From positions 1 to 59,445 of IMG/VR virus record IMGVR_UViG_3300017727_000011: 59,445 bases of DNA; one strand, given 5' to 3'. This DNA is from a virus (Duplodnaviria > Caudoviricetes). The notes under the pieces were generated by a model, which saw only the letters and a list, made by a program, of their open reading frames with translations, had not been told where the DNA came from and did no database searches. Positions 45,754 to 55,755 of the stretch are shown one piece after another. The translations under genes were made by a program, and so were the position numbers. Numbering within the stretch: position 1 is the first letter of the stretch; the number at the start of each line of letters is the position of its first letter.

Positions 45754-46470
45754 TTATTTAAAGGACTTTTTCTTCCAAATCTTTGTTTTATAGTTATCTA
45801 TAAAAGTAGAGAAAAACCCTAATGCTTTTTTATCATTAGTTTCTTGATCAGTTCTGTCTATATTTACACGTATTTCCCAAGATTCTCTTTTGAAAGGAAT
45901 AACTAAAGCCATAGGAGAGCCTTGTTCTAGAGTATAAGATTCGTGTGCATTCTTTGTCCAATAAAAAGGAAAATGAACTTGAAATTTATAATCATCAGTA
46001 TCAACAATTCCAGTTATTAAATCAAAGGGAAGATTTCTATTAAAAGGATTTATAAAAAGACAGCTATATCCTTTAGGAGTGCTTATAGTCCAAGGATTCA
46101 TAAATTTAAACACAGAATCGATTGTTCTTTTTGATGACCTCAAATCTGAACTTATTTGTTTTTCGTTATGTGAATTAACTCCTACACACTCTTTATCTAT
46201 AAAGTCAGTAGGAATATTACTATTTATAGCAAACTCAGATGTATTTTTTTCTTTGTCATAATGATATCGAATGTCTGTGGGAAAGGGAATAATATATCCA
46301 GTGGTATAAGCATCTAAAAAAGGAATACATGATTTTATTGTTCCGTTAGAAAATGTATCATCAATCCTACTTGTCATTTTTTTATAGGCTTCAGGTATAA
46401 AAAATTTAGCAGGTTTTGGATCAGGGATTAAACCTTTTAATATTGATTTAAATTGTATTTTATTGGTCAA
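45754..46470 (-). CDS. DUF6065-like protein
   Basis: CIPFLDA..GY, KFMNPW.I.TP.GYSCLF, GSPMA.VIPFKRE. Confidence 0.55.
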   Translation of the reverse strand: MTNKIQFKSILKGLIPDPKPAKFFIPEAYKKMTSRIDDTFSNGTIKSCIPFLDAYTTGYIIPFPTDIRYHYDKEKNTSEFAINSNIPTDFIDKECVGVNSHNEKQISSDLRSSKRTIDSVFKFMNPWTISTPKGYSCLFINPFNRNLPFDLITGIVDTDDYKFQVHFPFYWTKNAHESYTLEQGSPMALVIPFKRESWEIRVNIDRTDQETNDKKALGFFSTFIDNYKTKIWKKKSFK

Positions 46471-46482
46471 TATTTATTACTT

Positions 46483-47166
46483 TTATTTAAAACTATATTT
46501 ATATTTAAATTTATTATAACGCCTCAATATACCTAAGACTTCGGATTCAGAAGATTTTTCAGGATCATTTAAACTTTCTTTTTGAAACTCTAGTTTAAAA
46601 CTACCCGTCTTTATTGGAAAAAATTGAAACAAAGGTGTTCCTGCTGGAATTACATATGACCCATCTTTTTTGGTTAGTTTTAAAAAAATATGCATTCCAG
46701 GCATCCAACTAGATTCACTTAATCCTTCAGAAGACTCAAAAATGTCATCGTTTCTAAAAGGCACTTTATTAATAATTATTTTTGTATCAGGGGTAGTTTT
46801 AATATACCATGGATTCTCAATTTTTACCCAGCCTCCACACCAATGAGAGTTTTCATTTGTCTTCTTTATTGTTGGTTTGTTCCAAATATCTGAGTTTAAA
46901 GGCATGCGGGCATGAGTTCCGAAACTCACTATTTCTCCATTACGGATATCAAAGTACATATCACACCAACTAGGCACTATGTAGCCATAAGAGATTATAT
47001 CCATAATACCAGGACAACGTTTTGGATGAGCTTCTAGTTTAGGAGTCTTAATATCTAAATCAAATTTTTTAATTAGATCTTCTTTACGTTTATTTGCGGG
47101 GTAAATAGGGAACCATTTTTCGACTATAGGGTGCTCGCAACTAATTTTAATAGGTGTTTCGAACAC
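46483..47166 (-). CDS. DUF6065-like protein (paralogue of 45754-46470)
   Basis: CPGIMD...GYIVP, KIENPW.I.T, AGTPLFQFFP. Confidence 0.55.
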   Translation of the reverse strand: MFETPIKISCEHPIVEKWFPIYPANKRKEDLIKKFDLDIKTPKLEAHPKRCPGIMDIISYGYIVPSWCDMYFDIRNGEIVSFGTHARMPLNSDIWNKPTIKKTNENSHWCGGWVKIENPWYIKTTPDTKIIINKVPFRNDDIFESSEGLSESSWMPGMHIFLKLTKKDGSYVIPAGTPLFQFFPIKTGSFKLEFQKESLNDPEKSSESEVLGILRRYNKFKYKYSFK

Positions 47167-47522
47167 TATTGTTGTTGTTTGATCTCTAAAACAGAAGCTT
47201 TGATGACTAAATCATTGGCACTACTAGAGGTTACAATTAAGCTATCGCCACCTTCAAAAACAAAGGTTCCGTTGATAATGGTCGTAGCTTGATGAGCCAC
47301 AGCTACGTTATTAATTTCAAAATCAGTGCTTCCATCATTGTAAGTAAGCACGGCATCTACAGTTCCAGAACCTGCTTGATTATGTAAAACAATAGTTTTT
47401 ACCATAAAGGTAGTCACAGGGGTAGGAGGAGTTGCTGCCACATTGGCTAGTGGTACTGTAAACAATGTATTGGCACCTGTGTTAGCGGGAGAAAGTGCAA
47501 AGGATCTAAATCTATCAGCCAT
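47166..47522 (-). CDS. Putative virion protein
   Basis: Beta-rich; TLFTVP, FEGGDSL..., SVLEI. Confidence 0.6.
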   Translation of the reverse strand: MADRFRSFALSPANTGANTLFTVPLANVAATPPTPVTTFMVKTIVLHNQAGSGTVDAVLTYNDGSTDFEINNVAVAHQATTIINGTFVFEGGDSLIVTSSSANDLVIKASVLEIKQQQ

Positions 47523-47710
47523 TAGTCAGTCGTTGTGCCTCCTGTTGCAAAGTATACTGCTCTTCGAAATGATTCTTCTAAAGTATCTTCTGTGTACTGA
47601 GTATTTAATTGTTGTATTAGTTCTTCTAATTGTCTGATCAATTCAGCCGCCTGTTGAGCATCATACTCAGGTCTTGGATCAGGAAATCTTTGTAGTGTTA
47701 GTTTTGCCAT
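47522..47710 (-). CDS. Small conserved tail-region protein
   Basis: RFPDPRPEYD...LIRQLE...QLN. Confidence 0.6.
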   Translation of the reverse strand: MAKLTLQRFPDPRPEYDAQQAAELIRQLEELIQQLNTQYTEDTLEESFRRAVYFATGGTTTD

Positions 47711-47714
47711 ATTT

Positions 47715-48245
47715 CTATTGTATACTAAAATTGCAAGAAAGTACTATTCTTTCCTCATCTTGATTAGGACCTACATAGTGTGGTAAAGACCCAGAAAAAA
47801 TAACAAATTTTGATTCTTCTGCGTCTACTGGAATTCCTTTTGTTGGAATATAAGGAAAACCTGGAGCCATAAAAACAGTTTCAGAAGAATCTTTAGTGCA
47901 CTGTATATAGAAAATTAAAGAATAGTCATTCACTCCACAGTTATGAACATGCGTTTCATGAAAATCATTTTTTCTATAAGCTTGAATCCATGATCCCTGC
48001 ATATCAAATGTTTTCTTTTTCATAATATGCTCTGTAAAAATTTTGATATACTTGTATACGTGATTTTTTAAATCAACAAGTTTCTCATCTTTTAATATTT
48101 CTGGATTATCAAAATATGTTGTAAGCATTTCCCCGCTCACAAAAGAAAAACCTTTTATAAAATCTATTGTTGTTTTTTTATTAAATTCAGAAGGTATTTC
48201 GTAAATTGAAGTGACAAAGTTATGTCTTTTTATTTCTATTTCCAT
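47715..48245 (-). CDS. 2OG-Fe(II) oxygenase (TIGR02466-like)
   Basis: H.THVH, LPHYV, RIVLSCN. Confidence 0.8.
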   Translation of the reverse strand: MEIEIKRHNFVTSIYEIPSEFNKKTTIDFIKGFSFVSGEMLTTYFDNPEILKDEKLVDLKNHVYKYIKIFTEHIMKKKTFDMQGSWIQAYRKNDFHETHVHNCGVNDYSLIFYIQCTKDSSETVFMAPGFPYIPTKGIPVDAEESKFVIFSGSLPHYVGPNQDEERIVLSCNFSIQ

Positions 48246-48277
48246 CTATGTTTAATTTATCTCTCCTTAATAAGTCT

Positions 48278-50107
48278 TTATCTTCTACCGTCAGGCTGTA
48301 CATCAAAACGTTGTGTACCCAATCTCCATGCAGTTCCTGCAGTGTTTGAAACAACATTGACTGTGAATTCTCTACCTCTACCTCGTAAACTCACAAACTC
48401 TGTAGTATCACTGAATGTTGTAGTTTTGGTAACGCTTTGTGTGTTGTTAGGGTAGTATTTAAATTCTAAATCCATATTTAAAACACCTGATTGGTTTTGT
48501 ATATCAGGTATTAATTTCTGTACAAAAAGTATATCATTTCCTTCCCCTATTTCAACAGATCCAGATTTTACAAAAGCGGTCATTGCTTGGCCATCAGCGT
48601 CATTACCAGCTTCGTGTAGATACAATTGAGATGCTCCATTAGTCAAACCTAATATTGTTTCATTATTGGCTGTTATAGTGGCATCGTATTCTGTTCCCAC
48701 AGGATTATCATAAACTTCTCTATCAATCCAAGCTGTGCGGGAGAGAGTCCCTGTCCACCAAGTTTGCTCTAAATAATTATAAGCCACAACAGCGTTTATT
48801 TGATTAGATCCTTCTCTAGCATAAAACCAAAGTATTTCATTAAATTCACCATTATGCCCTGCAAAAGCATTTTCGGATCCTGTCTGATTAATATTATCAA
48901 AAACAAATTGTTCTACGGTGCAAGGAAGTTTTTTCACAGTACCATCAAAAAGATAAAAAGAATCTTGAGACATCCAGTAAGAAACACCATTTAAATCAAC
49001 GCCCGCATGTTGTCCAATAATCCCACAGTTTTGACCTAGTTGTCTAAGACCAAAAGTAAATGGCGGACCAATAAATTGCATTGAGTGCAATGAAGTGTCA
49101 GTCCAAACAAGTATCTGTCCTCTAGAACGTTCAGCTGCCACGATTCGTGATCCGTCAGCAATACGTAATGAGCCTGCAGTATTTTCTGCTGTGGGTTGAT
49201 ATGTAGTAATATTTTCTTGATCTGAAAATCTTATTAACAAGTCATCTTGACTTGTTACATCTCCAACTACACTTTCTGTCCCCATAATTAATAAATGTCG
49301 GTCAGGAGTAGAAATTAAACTTAATCGTGAAGCAGTTGGAGCATTTGTAATAGCGGCTGCTCTTGTAGAGAGTCCAACAGAGGTATCCCATTTAAAAGTC
49401 CCTCCGTTTAAAACAGTTGCAATAAGATCCTCTCCAAAATTATCTAAGGACCACTGTCTAGCAGCAAGAGTTACGTTGGATGCTGTTGAAGGACTTCCCC
49501 AACCACCTGCGCTCCATTCGTCTGTTCCATAACCATAAGCAAGAAGAGAAAATTCGGGACCAGGATTAATTTGATAATTAGCGTTACCTGTTCCTCCACC
49601 ACCTGCGGTGGAGCCAGAGGCAGTGCTTGTATGGGTAACTACATATGCACTTGTATTAACAATCGAGGTGACTTCAAATTCATTGTTCATATTCAATCCG
49701 TCTATAGCGGAAAAAGAATCAAACGTTACAAAACTACCTTGAATACATCCGTGACCTGAGTCAGTCACCAAGACAGAAGTAGTAGCATTCGTGGTGAAAG
49801 GATTAGTTAAAGAAGTTGGTCCTCTTCTAATAGGTGTAATATCATAAGCTAGTCCCTCTTGAATAACATAAAGTTTTCTATCAGTGCCTACTGCATTAAA
49901 TCTTGTGCCGTCTAAAGATACCCAGGCGTGTTGATCACGCACCACTCCTACAATGGTGGAAATGATGAACTTTTCCCAACCTTTTATTTTTTGAGGTAAT
50001 CCTTGAAAAAAGCGTACATTATCACTGTCTGTCCATCTATTTTCACCTGTATAGTCGGTTACTTCTTTATTGATACCTGGAGCTGGTCTAAAATTAACTA
50101 GGGGCAT
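48278..50107 (-). CDS. Tail nozzle / DNA-stabilisation protein
   Basis: 609 aa beta-propeller-like; WSLDNFGEDL, IRFSDQE, NTAGSLR, C-terminal QPDGRR. Confidence 0.7.
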   Translation of the reverse strand: MPLVNFRPAPGINKEVTDYTGENRWTDSDNVRFFQGLPQKIKGWEKFIISTIVGVVRDQHAWVSLDGTRFNAVGTDRKLYVIQEGLAYDITPIRRGPTSLTNPFTTNATTSVLVTDSGHGCIQGSFVTFDSFSAIDGLNMNNEFEVTSIVNTSAYVVTHTSTASGSTAGGGGTGNANYQINPGPEFSLLAYGYGTDEWSAGGWGSPSTASNVTLAARQWSLDNFGEDLIATVLNGGTFKWDTSVGLSTRAAAITNAPTASRLSLISTPDRHLLIMGTESVVGDVTSQDDLLIRFSDQENITTYQPTAENTAGSLRIADGSRIVAAERSRGQILVWTDTSLHSMQFIGPPFTFGLRQLGQNCGIIGQHAGVDLNGVSYWMSQDSFYLFDGTVKKLPCTVEQFVFDNINQTGSENAFAGHNGEFNEILWFYAREGSNQINAVVAYNYLEQTWWTGTLSRTAWIDREVYDNPVGTEYDATITANNETILGLTNGASQLYLHEAGNDADGQAMTAFVKSGSVEIGEGNDILFVQKLIPDIQNQSGVLNMDLEFKYYPNNTQSVTKTTTFSDTTEFVSLRGRGREFTVNVVSNTAGTAWRLGTQRFDVQPDGRR

Positions 50108-50148
50108 ATCGTCAATATACTATTGATTGAAAGTAATTCAATAGAGTT

Positions 50149-50658
50149 TTAAGAAGCTATTGCTTGAAAATTAAAAGCTAGTGTGATTCTTTGATGATCT
50201 TTACCTCCACAAGGGCTAACAGAATGAGGCATTAATCCCCTGAAGAAAACCATACGTCTTTCTACTGGTACAAAATTAAAATCTTCAGTTATCATTGCAG
50301 GAACTAAATGAGAAAAATTTGTAGTTGCTTTGTCACAACAAACTTTGTGGTAATAAATTACTGACCACTCTTCAAGACCATGAATATGAACTCTATTAAA
50401 ATCATTACCTGAATTAATATTTAACCAAAAAGTATTTAATTGTGCCTTGAGGCCTATGGTTGCAAAACCATCAACGGCAAATTTTATTAAATTACTAAAA
50501 CCAAAAGTAATAGAGTTGCTTTGATAGCCTCCTTCATTACTAAGTTGCCTTCCTTTATCGAAAGTTAAAATATGTTCTATGTGTGATTGTATGGTATCTG
50601 CATCACCTTTGTAATCATTGTAAAAAATTGATTCTTTATAAATTACTTGTTCAATCAT
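50149..50658 (-). CDS. 2OG-Fe(II) oxygenase (TIGR02466-like)
   Basis: SNEGGYQS, WLNIN, HIH, PHSV, RITLAFN. Confidence 0.8.
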   Translation of the reverse strand: MIEQVIYKESIFYNDYKGDADTIQSHIEHILTFDKGRQLSNEGGYQSNSITFGFSNLIKFAVDGFATIGLKAQLNTFWLNINSGNDFNRVHIHGLEEWSVIYYHKVCCDKATTNFSHLVPAMITEDFNFVPVERRMVFFRGLMPHSVSPCGGKDHQRITLAFNFQAIAS

Positions 50659-50682
50659 ACTTTTAGATAAACATTTCAAAGT

Positions 50683-51486
50683 TTAGTTTGTTTTTTTAGC
50701 AAACAAAGATCCTACATGACCCTTGAAAGCTCTATTACCAAAGTGTGTTAGAGGCATAGCTATATCAGCCCATATATCTCCACCACATTCCTGCCATAAT
50801 CTAGAGAAATAGTAGTCCTCTGATAAATATCTTCTAGTACCGTTTGTTTCATAAATTCCTGCACAAAATAAATCATAGCAGTTATCAGAGCTAAAAGATT
50901 TACCATTGATGATTTGATCAGAAGTATATTTGCGTTCTGGGAATTTCTTCATCATAGTCCTAAATACTTCTCTTTTGACAAGCATCATCCCTGTAGCTGC
51001 CTCTTGTACCTTACAGAAACCATCTTCCATTTTAACATTCTTTGGATCATCAAAGTTAAGGTTATATCCAAGACTTTTAACTTCAAGTTCCTCAGGAGTA
51101 GCATTCGGATTTTCTTTTAAAATGCCTGGTATTTTCTCTAAGTGAAGGTGTTTTCTTGGATAGATACCACATACAACATCTTTATCAAAAGCAAGCATAC
51201 GTTCAATGTTTTGAGATTGAAAACCTATATCAGAATCAATGAATAATAAATGTGTAGCAATGTAATCTGTTTGATCCATCATCATAGAAACACAAGTATT
51301 TCTTGCTCTGGTAATTAAACTTTCATTGCCCATTGTTTGAACACGCATTCCAACGCCTTTTGCCATTGACCACTGCTGTAGCTGCAATAACCCGTGCATT
51401 GTATTTTCTGTTAACATACCACCATACATAGGCATGCCTAAAAATATCTTAAATTTCTTGTCTTTTAGTTCTTCTGGTTTAATCAT
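50683..51486 (-). CDS. GT-A-fold glycosyltransferase-like protein
   Basis: ESLITRARN, LLFIDSD, ATGMML, YLSEDYYF, LTHFG. Confidence 0.7.
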   Translation of the reverse strand: MIKPEELKDKKFKIFLGMPMYGGMLTENTMHGLLQLQQWSMAKGVGMRVQTMGNESLITRARNTCVSMMMDQTDYIATHLLFIDSDIGFQSQNIERMLAFDKDVVCGIYPRKHLHLEKIPGILKENPNATPEELEVKSLGYNLNFDDPKNVKMEDGFCKVQEAATGMMLVKREVFRTMMKKFPERKYTSDQIINGKSFSSDNCYDLFCAGIYETNGTRRYLSEDYYFSRLWQECGGDIWADIAMPLTHFGNRAFKGHVGSLFAKKTN

Positions 51487-52024
51487 TAATTTCTCCTAAC
51501 CATTTTATTGATATTCTAGCAATATGTGGTTCATTAAAAGCATTAGCTCTATGTACATCACTAGCCGTTATTGTTACAACTCTGCCATATTTATAAGGAA
51601 CAGTTACGTTCATTGTCTGATTTATAAATTCACCACCAATATTTTCAACAATTTCATTACTTAACATTAATATGTGAGCCACTTCATCATCTCTGCCATC
51701 TACGTGAAAGGTGCCGTCCATACTTTTAAATTGTAAATTTGTACTACATTCTATTAACCGTAAATCTTTTTTTAATCTTTGATTAATAGCCTTAAAGGCA
51801 TCTATAAAACTATTAGATAAAGTTCTATTTGAGTTATACTCTATGTTATCTTCACTAAGTCTACGAAAAAAAGTATCGCCCAACAACCTATGTGAGCCTC
51901 TTTCTTTATAAGGCCAAGAATTTCTATTTGCAACATTGTGTGCATGCCAAGGAGCTAAAATTAATTGACTTGTAATTTCATCTAAATATTTTTTATCAAA
52001 AATATCGTCACAGTAAGTAATCAT
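51479..52024 (-). CDS. 2OG-Fe(II) oxygenase
   Basis: FHVD, GGEF, VHRA, RISI. Confidence 0.75.
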   Translation of the reverse strand: MITYCDDIFDKKYLDEITSQLILAPWHAHNVANRNSWPYKERGSHRLLGDTFFRRLSEDNIEYNSNRTLSNSFIDAFKAINQRLKKDLRLIECSTNLQFKSMDGTFHVDGRDDEVAHILMLSNEIVENIGGEFINQTMNVTVPYKYGRVVTITASDVHRANAFNEPHIARISIKWLGEIND

Positions 52025-52518
52025 TAATGAAGCCTATTGTTTTCAAAAAAATTTATATTTACAACTATTCTTCTATTTGTATCTGTTTGACTTACAGATC
52101 TGTGCTCTATATTTGAATCGAACAACACTATAGAATTTTCTTGATTTGGAATAATAATTCCGTCTTTTAACTCAGTATACCCATTACAGTTATTTAAATA
52201 AAAAATACCTGTTTTACACTTAAAGGGCATATCTACATGATAGGCTGATTTAAAAACGGTTTCTTTTTTTAAAACTAGATTGGCTCTTGCAATAACAAGA
52301 GAAACACAATTAATTCTATCTAAAATATGAGGAATAAAAGAATGATACAAATTAGATTGTATTTCATTTTTTACATAGAAACAGTGCATAAAAAAATTAT
52401 TTTTATCATATGCTGTCATGGTGTCTCTATAAAACCATGAAGTTTCTTCGGACATCATTTCATTTTTAAAACTTAAAAACAAATTCTCCTCTAAAACATT
52501 ATTTATAATTCTATACAT
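52024..52518 (-). CDS. 2OG-Fe(II) oxygenase
   Basis: YHVD, YLNNCNGYT, FDS..EH, RIVVNIN. Confidence 0.8.
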   Translation of the reverse strand: MYRIINNVLEENLFLSFKNEMMSEETSWFYRDTMTAYDKNNFFMHCFYVKNEIQSNLYHSFIPHILDRINCVSLVIARANLVLKKETVFKSAYHVDMPFKCKTGIFYLNNCNGYTELKDGIIIPNQENSIVLFDSNIEHRSVSQTDTNRRIVVNINFFENNRLH

Positions 52519-52545
52519 AAAGATTTTGTTATCTTCTATATTTTA

Positions 52546-53175
52546 TTAAGGTTTTTTTAAAAAACCAATATTGTGCCTTCCGTCATATTTTTGATCTTTA
52601 TAGTTTTCATCATCTTCGTCCACATAATGTAAAAATGTTTGCACACAATGATCTCCTTCAAAAGCATCTCTCCAGTGCAATAATTCTTGACCCATATAGA
52701 CAGCCCCTTCTCCTGGTTTTAAAGTAAGTTCATTTAAAATCTTAACCTTTTGTCCATTATATAAGACACCGTCTTTTGAATTAGGATCAAGTACACCGTA
52801 ATAAATAGACCAAGGATCTCCTCCAATGTTTACAGTAACTGAATATTGACAAGCTGGTCTATCACTGTGAATTTTTAATTCTTCTCCTGCCACGTATACT
52901 CTGCTATAAGAGTAAGTAGGACAAAGATTTTTTTGCACTATATTAGATAAAGGTTTATCTAGTTGTGATAAAAGAGTTTCTGCTGTTAGATCACCATAAG
53001 ATCCTTTTAAAAAATCATCATAAATTGATTTGTCCATTTCTGCTGAATCATTAAAGTCTCTATTTGTACATGCTTTTAATACAAAGTAATTATATAAAAA
53101 ATTAATAACGTCTGGAGAAATTAAATTTTCTACTACGACATATTTATTTTTTTTAAAATACTCTATCTTATCCAT
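52546..53175 (-). CDS. 2OG-Fe(II) oxygenase
   Basis: PTYSYSRVY, HSDRPAC, HWR, Q.FLHYV. Confidence 0.8.
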   Translation of the reverse strand: MDKIEYFKKNKYVVVENLISPDVINFLYNYFVLKACTNRDFNDSAEMDKSIYDDFLKGSYGDLTAETLLSQLDKPLSNIVQKNLCPTYSYSRVYVAGEELKIHSDRPACQYSVTVNIGGDPWSIYYGVLDPNSKDGVLYNGQKVKILNELTLKPGEGAVYMGQELLHWRDAFEGDHCVQTFLHYVDEDDENYKDQKYDGRHNIGFLKKP

Positions 53176-53744
53176 ATTACTAACACCTTCCTTACACCTT
53201 CTAAAACAGGTTCAACTTTATGAGGAAAACAAAGATTACTAGGAAACATCACTGCTTGGTTTTTTTTCAACTTAAATTTATATTTATCATTGATAACGTT
53301 AAGCTGCCCGCCCATATAATCATTATTTAAGCCTACTATTATAGTAAATTCTCTAGGAGTAAATTTGCCTGAATCTTTATGCCAGTCATAATGTCCTTTA
53401 TCTTCGGATTGATATTTTAAAAAAGAATAATCGAATTCAGCTTGTTCTTCTTTTTTCAAACTTAAAGCAGAACAATAAGTGTTATAAATAGTATTTACTG
53501 TTCTTGTTAACTCGTTAAATAGAATTCTAGAAGATATTGAATTTCCAATATCTTCTTCTTTAAAAAATAAAGTTTTTACTCTGCGAACTTCTGGATCAAT
53601 AAGACCTTGTCCATTTTTTGCAACTACTTGAGCTTCAAGAAAATTTGATTTTTTGAAAATAACATTATCAATAGCGTCTAATAATGATTTATTGCCAAAA
53701 TCATCAAAAGTTCTTATGAAGTCAGAAAGACTAAAGTTATGCAC
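53163..53744 (-). CDS. 2OG-Fe(II) oxygenase, prolyl-4-hydroxylase-like
   Basis: YDWHKD, LNNDYMGGQL, FPS..FPHKVEPV..GVR. Confidence 0.85.
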   Translation of the reverse strand: MHNFSLSDFIRTFDDFGNKSLLDAIDNVIFKKSNFLEAQVVAKNGQGLIDPEVRRVKTLFFKEEDIGNSISSRILFNELTRTVNTIYNTYCSALSLKKEEQAEFDYSFLKYQSEDKGHYDWHKDSGKFTPREFTIIVGLNNDYMGGQLNVINDKYKFKLKKNQAVMFPSNLCFPHKVEPVLEGVRKVLVIWIR

Positions 53745-54210
53745 TTAAAATATTATTCTTTGCTGTTGTTGCTTGGGCTGATGCATTTGATTCTGCTGAT
53801 TCGTAGTCAGCCGCATATGTTTCTGAAGTTGCATCAAGATTAGCCACTAAGTCACTTAAAACAGAGTTATAAGTATCCTCATAAGTCTTTTCTCCGTTCC
53901 ATCTAGTTATCATTGTATTAGCCCAAGAAGGAATATCAGCTGAACTAGACAAAACTAAATTGTGAGCATTGCCCACATATTCTAATTCTCCACTGTCAGT
54001 TACTGGAGAAAACTGTAGCGCATGTACGTTTGAAGGAATAATGTCACTTGATGAAATATTTAAATATGCTCTACCATCAATAACTACATCAGCCTCAGTA
54101 TTTCCTGAATACTTTGCTGGCCCATCGTTAGGGTTAGAACTATTAATATCGGCATCATTAATGATGCTTATCTGATTATTTGCGGTTACGTTGTTTATTG
54201 TTATTGGCAT
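53737..54210 (-). CDS. Putative tail fibre assembly chaperone
   Basis: IPSNVHALQF...GELEY; downstream of the fibre genes. Confidence 0.5.
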   Translation of the reverse strand: MPITINNVTANNQISIINDADINSSNPNDGPAKYSGNTEADVVIDGRAYLNISSSDIIPSNVHALQFSPVTDSGELEYVGNAHNLVLSSSADIPSWANTMITRWNGEKTYEDTYNSVLSDLVANLDATSETYAADYESAESNASAQATTAKNNILSA

Positions 54211-54643
54211 TTTTTGTTACCTTTGTTTTACCTTTCTTCTTTTTATCAAGTTTTTTATTAGAAAGCAAGTTGATATCCTCTGGAACATCTTTACCTTCTT
54301 TCAAACTTTCTTGAGCATCTCCTATAGCCTCCCAAACACTGCCTGCTTCTTTAAGTTTAGGATTTTCTTTTTCTTGAGCCATTTTAGGCAACATTGAAAG
54401 AGTCACCATATTGGCTTTAACCATTTCATTTCTAAAAGATTCTACAGCAGCTGTTGTTTGAATTTGTTTACCGTTATTTTCAACCAAAAGAAGAGGTAGC
54501 CAAGCAACTGAACATCCCCACTCTTGAACAGGTGCTCCTGTTTGAGGATTATTACCTTGAAGCATATTATACCAAATACACTGGTGTTTTATGCATTTTT
54601 TATTTAAAAGAGGACACTTACCGTCTGGATCAAAAATAGGCAT
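54176..54643 (-). CDS. Conserved Cys-containing tail-region protein
   Basis: CPL..KC..HQC.WY..G.NPQTG...AAVESFRNEMV. Confidence 0.65.
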   Translation of the reverse strand: MPIFDPDGKCPLLNKKCIKHQCIWYNMLQGNNPQTGAPVQEWGCSVAWLPLLLVENNGKQIQTTAAVESFRNEMVKANMVTLSMLPKMAQEKENPKLKEAGSVWEAIGDAQESLKEGKDVPEDINLLSNKKLDKKKKGKTKVTKNANNNKQRNRK

Positions 54644-54678
54644 TTCTAATTAAAACTATACAAAATATTTTTTTAAAA

Positions 54679-55752
54679 TCAATCTTTAGTAGCCGCTATG
54701 ATATCTTCATACTTAACGTCCATAGTAGGAACAGTCAAGGAGACGCTGTCAGAACTCACTGAACCACTAGCTGTTATTGGAGAACCACTAAAAGGGTGGC
54801 TGTGTGCACCACTGCCTCCTGTACCGCCAGAATTTCTAGCAGGTTGATTATCATAAAACGGAACATAGTAATTATTAGCTGGGGTTTGATATCTATAATT
54901 AGTGAAAGTACCTCTAGGTACTGCACCAGATGCACTTGAGGGGTGAGTGTGTGATGCTATTGTTGGAGAACCCAAAGAAGTGTCACCTGTAGAACCACTT
55001 ACTGTTCCTGAACTACTTACCGCAAAAGGAACTGTTTTTGCTTCTGTTGTTTTACTTGAAGCAAGAGTCGTTGTAAATCCATCAGCACCACCTACGCCTC
55101 CACCTGATCCTGTTACAACTCTTAAACAACAATCGTTTATGGTAGCCGCTGTATTTTGTGTCCAACCTGTTGGTGCGGTTCCTTGATAAAAAAGAGCCGT
55201 TGATCCTGAAGGAATAGATGAAACACCTGTCAAGTTAGCTCCATTGCCTGAATAAGTTGTTGCGTTAACGGTTCCGTTAGAAGATATAACTGTTCCATTA
55301 ACAGTCAAAGATTCTTTAACACTAAAAGTTCCAAGAGAATTAGCAAAAAGATCGACCATTGCATCCCCTTTATTATACATTATTGTGTGTGCTCCCTGTA
55401 CAACAGTTACTCCATTTGATCCGTGGCCCGTAGGCGCTACAGTCAAAGATTGTGATCCTGATGTATTATTAAAGAATATGTAGTTGGACTCTACGGCAGG
55501 AACAAAAACAGTAATATCTCCTGTTAGAGCGCCTGTAAACTCTATGACTTTGTTAGATGCTTCAGCATTTGGATCAGCATTATTTGTGGACAAAGTTACA
55601 TTAGCAGAACCAGCGACATCTTTAGATAAATAACCAGCAGTGAAAGCATCAATTGTTTCTAAATTTGTGTTGGTGTTATTCCCCCATGTATTTGCATTGG
55701 CTCCTGTTTCTTGAAGTTCTAATTTATATCTATCTGAATAAGTGCTTGTCAT
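54679..55752 (-). CDS. Tail fibre protein, paralogue 3
   Basis: Shared N-terminus; collar-like APTGW; HTH/HSH metal-binding motifs. Confidence 0.8.
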   Translation of the reverse strand: MTSTYSDRYKLELQETGANANTWGNNTNTNLETIDAFTAGYLSKDVAGSANVTLSTNNADPNAEASNKVIEFTGALTGDITVFVPAVESNYIFFNNTSGSQSLTVAPTGHGSNGVTVVQGAHTIMYNKGDAMVDLFANSLGTFSVKESLTVNGTVISSNGTVNATTYSGNGANLTGVSSIPSGSTALFYQGTAPTGWTQNTAATINDCCLRVVTGSGGGVGGADGFTTTLASSKTTEAKTVPFAVSSSGTVSGSTGDTSLGSPTIASHTHPSSASGAVPRGTFTNYRYQTPANNYYVPFYDNQPARNSGGTGGSGAHSHPFSGSPITASGSVSSDSVSLTVPTMDVKYEDIIAATKD

Positions 55753-55755
55753 TTT

